The notes under the pieces: model-generated
What the model saw: only the letters and a program-made list of their open reading frames with translations
Database searches by the model: none
What the model was told of the DNA's origin: nothing
Program-made: the position numbers and the translations under genes
Origin: Nitrosopumilus sp.
GTDB taxonomy: Archaea > Thermoproteota > Nitrososphaeria > Nitrososphaerales > Nitrosopumilaceae
Length of the DNA: 64,000 nucleotides
Assembly: GCA_965207075.1 (NCBI GenBank)
Contig: CBDBLO010000002.1
Span: 1,664,001 to 1,728,000, forward strand
Direction of reading: 5' to 3'
Part shown: one piece after another, positions 8,588 through 18,108 of the stretch
Layout of the letters: each line of letters starts with the position of its first letter
Numbering within the stretch: the first letter of the stretch is position 1

Positions 8588-9940
8588 TCAGGCGTCGCGT
8601 GCGCCAGAAGGGGCATCCGCGGGGCCGTCACGCAGCCACACGTCCTCAAAGTCAAACAGCACGCACTCGCACTGAACGCCCAGCACCTCGGATATGCTGG
8701 GCCGGACCCCGTCCCCCGTAACCAGCCGTTTTATGGGGATCCCCCCGTCCAGGTCGGCCGTTACTACAAACGAATTCGTTTCCTTCCTCCTGTATGCGAG
8801 GCGCGTTATGGACTTTACGGCTTCGCGGCCGTTCTTGGTGCGGATCATCAGCGGGCGGCCGGCGAGCCGCCTCAGCCTCCGAAGCAGGGACGGGCCGGTC
8901 GCGTCGTGGGCGGTAGGAGTGGTGGCGGCCGGCGAGCCTGCACCAGCGCCGCCGCCATCGCCGCCGCCACTGCCATGGCCGTCGTTGCAGCTACCGTTAG
9001 CGTCGGCATCGCCCCCAGTTTCTACAAACGCACGAGGCGTCATCCTGACCTGTATCCTTGCGCGCGACGAGAAGGCCAGGGGCCCCGCATCGGACGCGGC
9101 GACATCGCGCAGCCGGCTTACCAGAACGCCGTGACCGAGCGGCATGCCCCGGGATATCCGTACGCGCCTCCTTTTTGGACGCTGTATGCGGGCGTAAAAC
9201 GGCCTGCCGTGCCCTGCAACCAGGCTCTCCCTGTCCTCGCCGCCAATCCAGGTAAAGCGGATCGTTCTGCCCCCCAGCCGGTCAAACAGGAGATCCGATA
9301 TCTGCCCCTCCACACTTTCCCCGCATGCGGGTATTCCGTGAAACCCGCACGTCGAGCACCCCCGGCCAAGGCAGCTGGTGCACGCCTCTTGTTTTTGCGG
9401 GACGCCCCTTTTCTGCTTGAGGTACGTTCCAAAGACCGCGACCGGCTTTGGGCTCACCTCGCAGTACCGGTCCGCGGGCTGCACCTTGATCAGCACCTCA
9501 GGCTCGTGCCTGTCTTGCCGGCGGCGCGTCATCCTGGCAAACCGGCCTCCGAGCTCCCTTACGAGCCCCGTCTTTATGCAGTCGGACCCCTGCAGCCTGT
9601 ACACGGAACGCACGTGGTCGTCCCTGTCGAGAATGGAGGGCTTGATCGTGGCCCCCACGGCAAAAGTGTCAAACTCGTACTCTGCAACGGTCGTTTCCAT
9701 CAGGTCAAGCATGTCCGGCAGACTGTCAAAGAGCCCACGGCAGACATAGCACTGGGCGGATGGGCCGTCTGCAGCCTCTAGCGAGCTGCGCAGCCTCCTG
9801 CCGTACAGCTCGTATGATGCCAGTCCGGGGCTCCTTGCAAAGAGCCTGCCAAGGCAGTAATCGCACAGGTCATACTTGCCAAGCAGTGCAGACGCCTTTG
9901 AGCGGGCGGCATCCCGCGGGTCGGGCACGTCGGGCTTCAC
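8588..9940 (-). CDS. pus10: tRNA pseudouridine(54/55) synthase Pus10-like protein
   Basis: LCDYCLGRLF / CYVC zinc site, G.YLKQKRGVPQ, GGED, GRPF, PSISEVL; next to srp54. Confidence 0.82.
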   Translation of the reverse strand: MKPDVPDPRDAARSKASALLGKYDLCDYCLGRLFARSPGLASYELYGRRLRSSLEAADGPSAQCYVCRGLFDSLPDMLDLMETTVAEYEFDTFAVGATIKPSILDRDDHVRSVYRLQGSDCIKTGLVRELGGRFARMTRRRQDRHEPEVLIKVQPADRYCEVSPKPVAVFGTYLKQKRGVPQKQEACTSCLGRGCSTCGFHGIPACGESVEGQISDLLFDRLGGRTIRFTWIGGEDRESLVAGHGRPFYARIQRPKRRRVRISRGMPLGHGVLVSRLRDVAASDAGPLAFSSRARIQVRMTPRAFVETGGDADANGSCNDGHGSGGGDGGGAGAGSPAATTPTAHDATGPSLLRRLRRLAGRPLMIRTKNGREAVKSITRLAYRRKETNSFVVTADLDGGIPIKRLVTGDGVRPSISEVLGVQCECVLFDFEDVWLRDGPADAPSGARDA

Positions 9941-10020
9941 GCCGCGCGCTGCCTCCGCAGGTACTTTTCAGCGTCATGTCCTACAATGCCGCCGACGCTG
10001 TTGCGGTTGCGGCTGCGGTT

Positions 10021-10059
10021 GCTGCTGCTGCTGCTGCTGCTGTTGTTGTTGTTGTTGTT
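10021..10059. repeat. Compound microsatellite (GCT)7(GTT)6
   Basis: Read directly; intergenic between srp54 and pus10. Confidence 0.95.
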
Positions 10060-10106
10060 ACCCCAGCCCCCGTCCCGCCGGCCCCCACTTGCGACAGTAC
10101 GCACCG

Positions 10107-11441
10107 CTACCCAATCCCCATCCGCTTGAGCATGTCGCGCATGGCGCGCCCCTTGGCGGCCTTCATCATGTTCTTCGACGTTTTGTACGTCTTGAGGAGG
10201 TTCTTCACCTCCGAGTCAGGCCTCCCGGACCCGCGAGCTATGCGCTGCGTCCGGGACGCATTCTTTATCAGATCCGGATCGGCCTTTTCGGCGGGGGTCA
10301 TGCTCTGCATGATGTACCTCCACCTCTCGATGTTCTCCTCCAGCTTGTCCACCTTGTCGAGCTGATCCGAGCCGGCCCCGGAGAATCCGGGAAGATTCTC
10401 AAGCATGCCCCGCATGGAGCCGGACTTTGTGAACTCCTCGAGCTGGTAAAAGTAATCCTCCATGTTCATCTTGCCCCCCATTATCCGCTTCATCCTGACC
10501 TCGTCAGACTCGTCCTCTATGCGCTTAAAGTGCTCCAGAATGGCCTGCACGTCCCCGATCCCAAGCAGCCTGCCGACAAAGCCTGATGAGGAGAACTTTT
10601 CAAGATCGTCTATGCGCTCGCCGGTCCCAATGTACATCACGTGGGCCCCGGTCGCGGCCGCGGCGGCGAGGGCCCCGCCCCCCTTGGCGGAGCTGTCCAT
10701 CTTGGTGATTATGATGCCGCCCACGGGTATCGCCTTGTGAAACGCCTCCGCCTGCCCAAAGCACTGCTGCCCTATCGTGCCGTCTATGACAAGCATCGCC
10801 ATGTCCGGCGACGCGACCGCGCCTATGCGGCTCATCTCGTCAAGCAGGTCCTGCTCCTGCTTGTGGCGGCCCGCCGTATCAATCAGGATGATGTCAAGCG
10901 GCTCCCGCTCAAAGTGCCGCAGCCCGTTACCGACCACCGCGACCGCGTCGTCGTTCTTCTCCTCGCCGTACACCTCGACTCCTGCCTTCTCGCACATCGT
11001 GCGCAGCTGCACGAGCGCGCCCGGCCTGTACGTGTCGGCCCCGATCACCCCCACCTTGTAGCCCTGCCGCGTCAGCAGCCGGGACAGCTTCGAGGCTATC
11101 GTGGTCTTGCCGCTCCCCTGTATTCCAAGCAGCAGCACCTTGTTCTGCTTGCCGGACTGGAACTCAAACTCCGAGTCCCCGCCCAGAAGGCCAGCCAGCT
11201 CGTCGTGCAGTATCTTTACGAGGTGGTTCTTCCTTGAGAATCCGGGCGGGAGGTCCTCGCCCAGCGCGCGCTCCTTGAGCCGCTCTGTCACCTCCAGTAT
11301 GAGCCCCACTTTGACGTCGGACTGTATGAGAGCCCTCTGCACGTCCTTGGCAAGCTCGTCTATCAGTTCCTTGTCCACGGTGGAGGATCTTAGCACCTTT
11401 TTGAGGGCGGCCCCCAGGTTCTCCTTTAGCCCGTCAAGCAT
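10107..11441 (-). CDS. srp54: Signal recognition particle protein SRP54
   Basis: GIQGSGKTT, DTYRPGA, DTAGRH, TKMD, GGGA and Met-rich M domain with RIARGSG. Confidence 0.97.
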   Translation of the reverse strand: MLDGLKENLGAALKKVLRSSTVDKELIDELAKDVQRALIQSDVKVGLILEVTERLKERALGEDLPPGFSRKNHLVKILHDELAGLLGGDSEFEFQSGKQNKVLLLGIQGSGKTTIASKLSRLLTRQGYKVGVIGADTYRPGALVQLRTMCEKAGVEVYGEEKNDDAVAVVGNGLRHFEREPLDIILIDTAGRHKQEQDLLDEMSRIGAVASPDMAMLVIDGTIGQQCFGQAEAFHKAIPVGGIIITKMDSSAKGGGALAAAAATGAHVMYIGTGERIDDLEKFSSSGFVGRLLGIGDVQAILEHFKRIEDESDEVRMKRIMGGKMNMEDYFYQLEEFTKSGSMRGMLENLPGFSGAGSDQLDKVDKLEENIERWRYIMQSMTPAEKADPDLIKNASRTQRIARGSGRPDSEVKNLLKTYKTSKNMMKAAKGRAMRDMLKRMGIG

Positions 11442-12237
11442 GGCGCATTATCCTCGCGTCCAATATTTCAAACCTTCCTCTGTACCCGTCCCAGACCGTG
11501 TCATAGTCGAGTATCTCGATGGGACTCTCAAACAGCGGGCAGTCCAGGACGAACGTCTCGGCCTCGCCGCCCTCAAAGTCGAGCGCAAAGCCGTGCCTTT
11601 CAGACAGGGCGCGCAGCTCGGCAAGCGAGTCCGGGGTGATGCTCCGCCCCAGCCACGAGCCGTCAAGCCCGCCTGCCGAGACGGCTGTTATTATAGCCGC
11701 GAACCCCGCGTCCAGCACGCGGCGCATGTACTGCCCGGCCGGCTCGCGCATCCAGAGCGGCGAGACTACCGCGAGCCCCAGGGCGCCGCAGACCTTGGCA
11801 AACCTCGACCGCTGAAACTCGCTTCTGATGCCGCCGTGCACCACGCCCTGCACGCCGTACTCGCGCTTTGCCCTCTGCAGCAGCAGCCTTAGGGCGCCCA
11901 GCTCCCGCTGTGTGTCATCGGAGCCGACCTCTAGGGACAGCAGGGGCGGCGCGCCGCGCATCGCCTCGGCCTGCAGCCCCACCCACCTGATGTTCGGGCT
12001 GTGCAGCAGCATGCTCTCCTCGGACTTGGCAAACGCCGACACGAGGCACGCGACCTCGTGTCCCTGCGCCTGCGCGTCGTACGCGGCATACGCGCTGTCC
12101 TTGCCGCCGGAGAACAGGGATGCCAGCCTCAGTCCTTTTTTGGATGCGTGGCCCGAACCCGGCTGCGCGCGCGTGTGGGGCGGGGGCGGTTGCGCATCCG
12201 TTAAGAGAGGTGCCTCATCACTCATAATCCTCATCAT
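11434..12237 (-). CDS. dph6: Diphthine--ammonia ligase (DUF71 PP-loop ATPase)
   Basis: FSGGKDS, PLW, EGGEAETFVLDCPLF. Confidence 0.9.
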   Translation of the reverse strand: MMRIMSDEAPLLTDAQPPPPHTRAQPGSGHASKKGLRLASLFSGGKDSAYAAYDAQAQGHEVACLVSAFAKSEESMLLHSPNIRWVGLQAEAMRGAPPLLSLEVGSDDTQRELGALRLLLQRAKREYGVQGVVHGGIRSEFQRSRFAKVCGALGLAVVSPLWMREPAGQYMRRVLDAGFAAIITAVSAGGLDGSWLGRSITPDSLAELRALSERHGFALDFEGGEAETFVLDCPLFESPIEILDYDTVWDGYRGRFEILDARIMRHA

Positions 12238-12474
12238 GCCTCAGAAGGCTTTTCCGATTCCATCATCGGCACCCGGTGCTGCTGCAATGGCGCGGGTTAT
12301 TACCTTTGGGGTTGCGTCGACGGCCGAATCGGGGCAGGGCCCGCGCGCGAGCTGCCCGCACGCTTCATTCAAAATGTATGTGTATATTTAGGATCCTGTC
12401 GAAACGCGCGGGGCCGCCCAGAAACGGCGGCAGAGCCATGAAGCTATTTATTGGATGCGTGACTCCTCACTGCG

Positions 12475-13158
12475 ATGAAACAGTCATCGGATGATGACAA
12501 GCAGCATTACAAAACTGCGGGGCCAGAACCGCGCACTGGCGCAGGGCAAAAACCCGAAATCAGCCGGGACGACAAGAACACGCTGCGTATTATACACGCG
12601 TGCAGCATGACAAATACAGATCCCATTTCTGCAATGTCAAAGATCTTTTCAGAGTCAGAGACAGAGGAGCGGATCAGAAGCCTGGTGCGGCAGAACCTCA
12701 TAACGGAGGACGCAAGGGTGACGGAGGACGGCCGCGCCGCCCTCACGGTGGTGCTCACCGGAGGCGTGTTTGACATAATACACCATGGCCACGTACACAT
12801 GCTAGACGCGGCAAGATCCCTAGGCGACATGTTGGTGGTCGTGGTCGCCTCCGACAGCACGGCAAGAAGGAGCAAGAGGAAAGCCCCGTTGCGCCACGAC
12901 GAGGAGATACGCCAGTATCTCGTAAGCATGATCAGGACTGTGGACGCGTGCGTCATCGGGGCGGAGGGGAGCATCTTTGACACCGTGAAGGAGATAAGGC
13001 CCGACGTCATAGCGCTCGGATACGACCAGGCGCACAGAAAGGAGGACATCAAGGACGGTTGCAGCAAACTGGGGCTTGACGTGGAGATAGTCAGGATAGA
13101 ATCACCGATGCCCGACGTGTCAAGCTCAGACCTCAAAAACAACCTTGAGGACCTGTAG
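12475..13158 (+). CDS. ribL: FAD synthase (RibL-type cytidylyltransferase family) with N-terminal extension
   Basis: GGVFDIIHHGH, PDVIALGYDQ, SSS motifs. Confidence 0.82.
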   Translation: MKQSSDDDKQHYKTAGPEPRTGAGQKPEISRDDKNTLRIIHACSMTNTDPISAMSKIFSESETEERIRSLVRQNLITEDARVTEDGRAALTVVLTGGVFDIIHHGHVHMLDAARSLGDMLVVVVASDSTARRSKRKAPLRHDEEIRQYLVSMIRTVDACVIGAEGSIFDTVKEIRPDVIALGYDQAHRKEDIKDGCSKLGLDVEIVRIESPMPDVSSSDLKNNLEDL

Positions 13159-13279
13159 CCGGCGGGCCGGGGGGCGTGGCCGCGGGCGCGCACCAGGAAT
13201 GGCAGGCAGCAACAAATGGAAGATCATCATACAAGACGCAGCAAGCATCTTCCCCCACGAGTATGATATCCGAATGCTG

Positions 13280-13558
13280 TTAGTGCTTTGGGTTGATCAA
13301 TCTAGACCTGTAAACTAGAAAACACCCCAAGCCAATAACTGCATAGAGCAGCACAGACAAACCGGTATTGTGAAGGCACCAATCAGCCTCCGCAAGTATT
13401 CCTCCAAAAGCCTCAAGAAAATGCTCCGAGCGCATATGGCATTGCACTGTAAACTCATGAACAGTTCTGAACTGTTCAGGATTGTATGGCCGTAATGACA
13501 ATACGATGCCTACTGACATTGATGCCAAACCTGCAAAAAACAGCTTTTTGCTTTTCAT
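13280..13558 (-). CDS. Small two-TM hypothetical protein, AT-richer than flanks
   Basis: N- and C-terminal hydrophobic helices; AT-rich box at about 13578-13586; start could be 13579. Confidence 0.55.
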   Translation of the reverse strand: MKSKKLFFAGLASMSVGIVLSLRPYNPEQFRTVHEFTVQCHMRSEHFLEAFGGILAEADWCLHNTGLSVLLYAVIGLGCFLVYRSRLINPKH

Positions 13559-13791
13559 GGTGAAAATAAAAAAGGCCATATAATATTCGTTACCGACTGT
13601 TGGGGGGGCAGTGCCACAAACCTTGTGTGTTGCCATAGGGCCGGCCTATGCCTGTAGTGTGCACAACATCATAAGAGAGCGCTGCACCATCACTGTCAGA
13701 AACAGCCTGTTTTATTGCAGAGTCTTGCCTTGGATTGGATACGAGATTACCCCTTCGAATCCTTTTTATCGACGTGACAAGTGGCACATCT

Positions 13792-14331
13792 ATGAAAATA
13801 TCACCGGCAATGAAAAAGCAGCTCGACGATCAGGTTGCTCTCGAGGCAGCCGCATCCCACTCATACCTGGCAATGGCCTCGTGGGCGGAGCTTGCAGGAT
13901 ATCCGGGGACCGCATCCTACTTTTACGCCCAGTCGGCCGAGGAGCGGGGCCACATGCTGAGGATAATCAACTACATGAACACCATAGGTGCGGGGGCTGT
14001 CATCCCGAAGATCGACAAGCCGTCCGTAACGGCGTTCAAATCAGTCGAGGATCTGATCAAGGCAGCCCTCAAAAACGAGCAGGCCGTCACAAAGGCCATA
14101 CACAAGATGGCCCAAGCCGCACAAAAGGGCGGTGACTATGCCACGTTTGACTTTTTGAGCTGGTTTGTAAAGGAGCAGGTGCACGAGGAGGCGCAGTTTG
14201 AGGACATACTGCAAAAGTTCGACACCATAGGAAGGGACGGCATTGCAGTAAACGAGATAGACAAGATTCTCGGGGCAGGAAACGGCGGCGGTACCGGCGC
14301 AGCCGCTCCGGCCGCGCCAGACACCCCATAA
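13792..14331 (+). CDS. ftnA: Non-haem ferritin
   Basis: E..AS..YLAMA.W, QSAEERGH, FLSWFVKEQVHEE ferroxidase ligands. Confidence 0.93.
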   Translation: MKISPAMKKQLDDQVALEAAASHSYLAMASWAELAGYPGTASYFYAQSAEERGHMLRIINYMNTIGAGAVIPKIDKPSVTAFKSVEDLIKAALKNEQAVTKAIHKMAQAAQKGGDYATFDFLSWFVKEQVHEEAQFEDILQKFDTIGRDGIAVNEIDKILGAGNGGGTGAAAPAAPDTP

Positions 14332-14394
14332 ATGCGGGAGTTTCACGCGCCGGCCTTACGACTTGCGGCAAATAGCCCGTCGCATTTTCAGAGA

Positions 14395-14574
14395 TTATCC
14401 CGGGGCTCGCCGCCGGTGCGTACGCGTACGATCGTGGGTGCGGCCTATGTGAAGGGCCAACCCCATCACGTCAGAGCCAAAGACCTTGCCGCAGAACGTG
14501 CATTCAAACACGTAGGGGGATGCGGCCCGTTGCGTGCTTTGGGCGCGCGCTTGGTTGTCTGGCACGAGATACAT
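14395..14574 (-). CDS. 59-aa C2H2 zinc-finger microprotein
   Basis: Hand translation includes YVFECTFCGKVFGSDVMGLALHIGRTH. Confidence 0.7.
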   Translation of the reverse strand: MYLVPDNQARAQSTQRAASPYVFECTFCGKVFGSDVMGLALHIGRTHDRTRTHRRRAPG

Positions 14575-14885
14575 GCGGTTCCATAGTATTAAAGCATGAA
14601 ACTAGACAGAGCTATAGTCCGTTAGTTTCCGCGCAATCCTGCTGCCACCACAGGCGACATACGCTTGCGCCAGAAGTGAGGGGAGGGAAAATGGGACGGC
14701 GGTTACTTCTCGCCCTGATCTCCCCGTCACTCGGCGCGGCGCATTTTTTAGCACGGCCCTTGACCCAGTTGACTGCCCGGGATTACCGCGGTTGTTGGAA
14801 TCACCGGCGGCGGCGGAACGTGCCGTGGCCTCTGGCCGCAATGCGCGCGGGACATCTCGGCCGCGCAAGGAAGGCCGGTTCCGGA

Positions 14886-15059
14886 TCAGCCAAATATCAT
14901 GCACTGCTCGCATTCGCACGACTCTTGCTGGCCCGCCTTTTTGAAGCAGCGCTTGTGCTGGCCCGCCTGGCACTGCACGCAGATCTCATCTAGGTTGTCG
15001 ACGCTGCTGTATTTGCGGGACCGGTCGAATCCAAACCCTCCATCCTGTGGGCCAACCAT
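14886..15059 (-). CDS. 57-aa Cys-rich metal-binding microprotein
   Basis: Hand translation MVGPQDGGFGFDRSRKYSSVDNLDEICVQCQAGQHKRCFKKAGQQESCECEQCMIFG*; TAAAAATA about 22-29 nt upstream. Confidence 0.7.
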   Translation of the reverse strand: MVGPQDGGFGFDRSRKYSSVDNLDEICVQCQAGQHKRCFKKAGQQESCECEQCMIFG

Positions 15060-15085
15060 GCAGACGGTTGCACGTGCTTGTATTT

Positions 15086-15391
15086 TTACCTCACTGTCAA
15101 GGCCGAGTCGACGGCGGCCCTGATCTCCGCCCGGTGCGACTCTATCACCCCCCGGATCTCAAACATGTCCAAGTATCCGCCCCCCGGAGCCCTAGTGGCC
15201 TTTAGCAGATACCGCAGCGAGCCCTCCTCTATCTTGCCAATGTAGTATCCATACAAAAAGTCAGGCTCGCTGCGGCACTTCCATATACGCCCCGCGCTCG
15301 GAAAGGACTGCCTGACCTCGCCCGGTATCTCCAGTATGCGCCGCTGCACGTACGAGTCAAGGGATCTCCGCGCCGCCGCGTCAAGCCGCAT
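15086..15391 (-). CDS. Conserved hypothetical protein (101 aa)
   Basis: Globular composition, DFLYGYY.G motif, AT-rich box upstream. Confidence 0.75.
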   Translation of the reverse strand: MRLDAAARRSLDSYVQRRILEIPGEVRQSFPSAGRIWKCRSEPDFLYGYYIGKIEEGSLRYLLKATRAPGGGYLDMFEIRGVIESHRAEIRAAVDSALTVR

Positions 15392-15569
15392 TACTATAAT
15401 ATGCGGCGTTCTCTTTTAGGGGTTTTGTCACGGAAGGCGCACTGTACGCCCCAATCAGCGCGCTAATTACCATCTGTCGTCCTAGACCAATGCCGCAAAC
15501 CGGCGCATCGGCACTCTACCCCATCGACCTGCCGCTGTCAGCACCGCTGCCACCACCAGAATCACCGCC

Positions 15570-15848
15570 CTAACCGTCATCAGCGGCAGCGGCGGCGGCA
15601 GCAGCATCATCATCATCATTATCACTATCATCATCATCGGCATCCGACTTGGACCTGTCCCACATTCTCATGTTTCCCCTCAGCATGAAAAAACCCACTA
15701 TAATTACGGCGATGCCACCTGCAATGAAGAGAAAGAACCGGCCGACGCTTCTTATTCCCACTGGCAACAGACTGGCACCCTCGTAGGCCCAATTAGACTG
15801 TAGTGAGGCGGGGCCCGCTGCGCCGCACATGCCAGTCTCTAGATTCAA
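15570..15848 (-). CDS. Small single-TM protein with acidic tail (start uncertain)
   Basis: FFLFIAGGIAVIIVGFFML helix followed by an Asp/Ala low-complexity tail. Confidence 0.55.
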   Translation of the reverse strand: MNLETGMCGAAGPASLQSNWAYEGASLLPVGIRSVGRFFLFIAGGIAVIIVGFFMLRGNMRMWDRSKSDADDDDSDNDDDDAAAAAAAADDG

Positions 15849-15872
15849 TAATGACGAGGCCGCACGCCTGCC

Positions 15873-15971
15873 ATGTCAAGGGCAAAGCAGATCGCCGCGT
15901 GGGTTGCGATAATAGGCGGCGGCATAGGATTCTTCTTCTTCTCCCAGTATATGGCAGAGGTCATGCGCTGA
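15873..15971 (+). CDS. 32-aa single-TM microprotein
   Basis: Hand translation MSRAKQIAAWVAIIGGGIGFFFFSQYMAEVMR*; TTCAATAAT about 21-29 nt upstream. Confidence 0.55.
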   Translation: MSRAKQIAAWVAIIGGGIGFFFFSQYMAEVMR

Positions 15972-16032
15972 TGCGCGCACCGGCAGGGGCGGCGGCACTG
16001 GCTGCGAGGAACGCCGCCGCGATTTTGCGCGA

Positions 16033-16530
16033 ATGATGGGATCGGGGCCGGACATGCCGCCAGACCCAGCAAACCGCACCGGTGCACGCATCATAACAGA
16101 CGAGATCTCGGCCTTTCTTGACAAGCAGAGGCTCGGGTACGTCGCGACGATCGGCCCCGACTGCAAGCCCAACGTCTCGCCAAAGGGCACCATAGCAAGA
16201 TTGGACGAGAGCACGCTGATTTTCGCGGACATCCGATCCCCGGACACGGTCAGGAACATAGAGGAGAACGGCAGCGTGGAGATCAGCTCGATCGACCCCG
16301 TCCTGCGCAAGGGGTACCTGTTTGAGGGCACGGCCTCAGTCATACGGGACGCCGACATGCTCAGAAGGGCCCGTGGAATGTACGAGAGGATGGGAATCAG
16401 GAGCAAGATACGCGCAGTCATCGCCGTAGAGGTGTCGAGAATATCCAGCGTGACGTCCCCACTGTATGACATGGGCGCGACCGAGGAAGAGGTGAGAAAG
16501 AAGTGGGGTGCGCGCCTTGCAGAGTCATAG
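16033..16530 (+). CDS. Pyridoxamine 5'-phosphate oxidase-like flavin-binding protein
   Basis: YVAT....PNVSPKG, FADIRSPDT..NI..N..VEI. Confidence 0.88.
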   Translation: MMGSGPDMPPDPANRTGARIITDEISAFLDKQRLGYVATIGPDCKPNVSPKGTIARLDESTLIFADIRSPDTVRNIEENGSVEISSIDPVLRKGYLFEGTASVIRDADMLRRARGMYERMGIRSKIRAVIAVEVSRISSVTSPLYDMGATEEEVRKKWGARLAES

Positions 16531-16555
16531 CAGCAGAGACGGTCGCTGGATCCGT

Positions 16556-17857
<1,302 letters not shown>

Positions 17858-17909
17858 GACGTGCCACCTGCCCACTGAAAAATGAATCTTGCCATTTACC
17901 GCCGGCCAG

Positions 17910-18107
17910 TCAGTCCCGTTTTCTGCCCCTCACGAAGCGCAGGAAGAACCCCAGGCCTCCTATCACCAGCCCCGCCGCAAACGCGGCCACTCCCATCTCA
18001 GGCTCCTCGGGGTGTATTGTAGGCGCCAGAAAGAGCAGGACTGCCCCCAGTATTATCAGCGCGAACCACCCGCCGTTTCTTGAGCGGTTGTGTTCAGAGT
18101 GGACCAT
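17910..18107 (-). CDS. Small two-TM membrane protein
   Basis: Two hydrophobic helices; starts 2 nt after the lysS stop. Confidence 0.7.
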   Translation of the reverse strand: MVHSEHNRSRNGGWFALIILGAVLLFLAPTIHPEEPEMGVAAFAAGLVIGGLGFFLRFVRGRKRD

Positions 18108-18108
18108 C

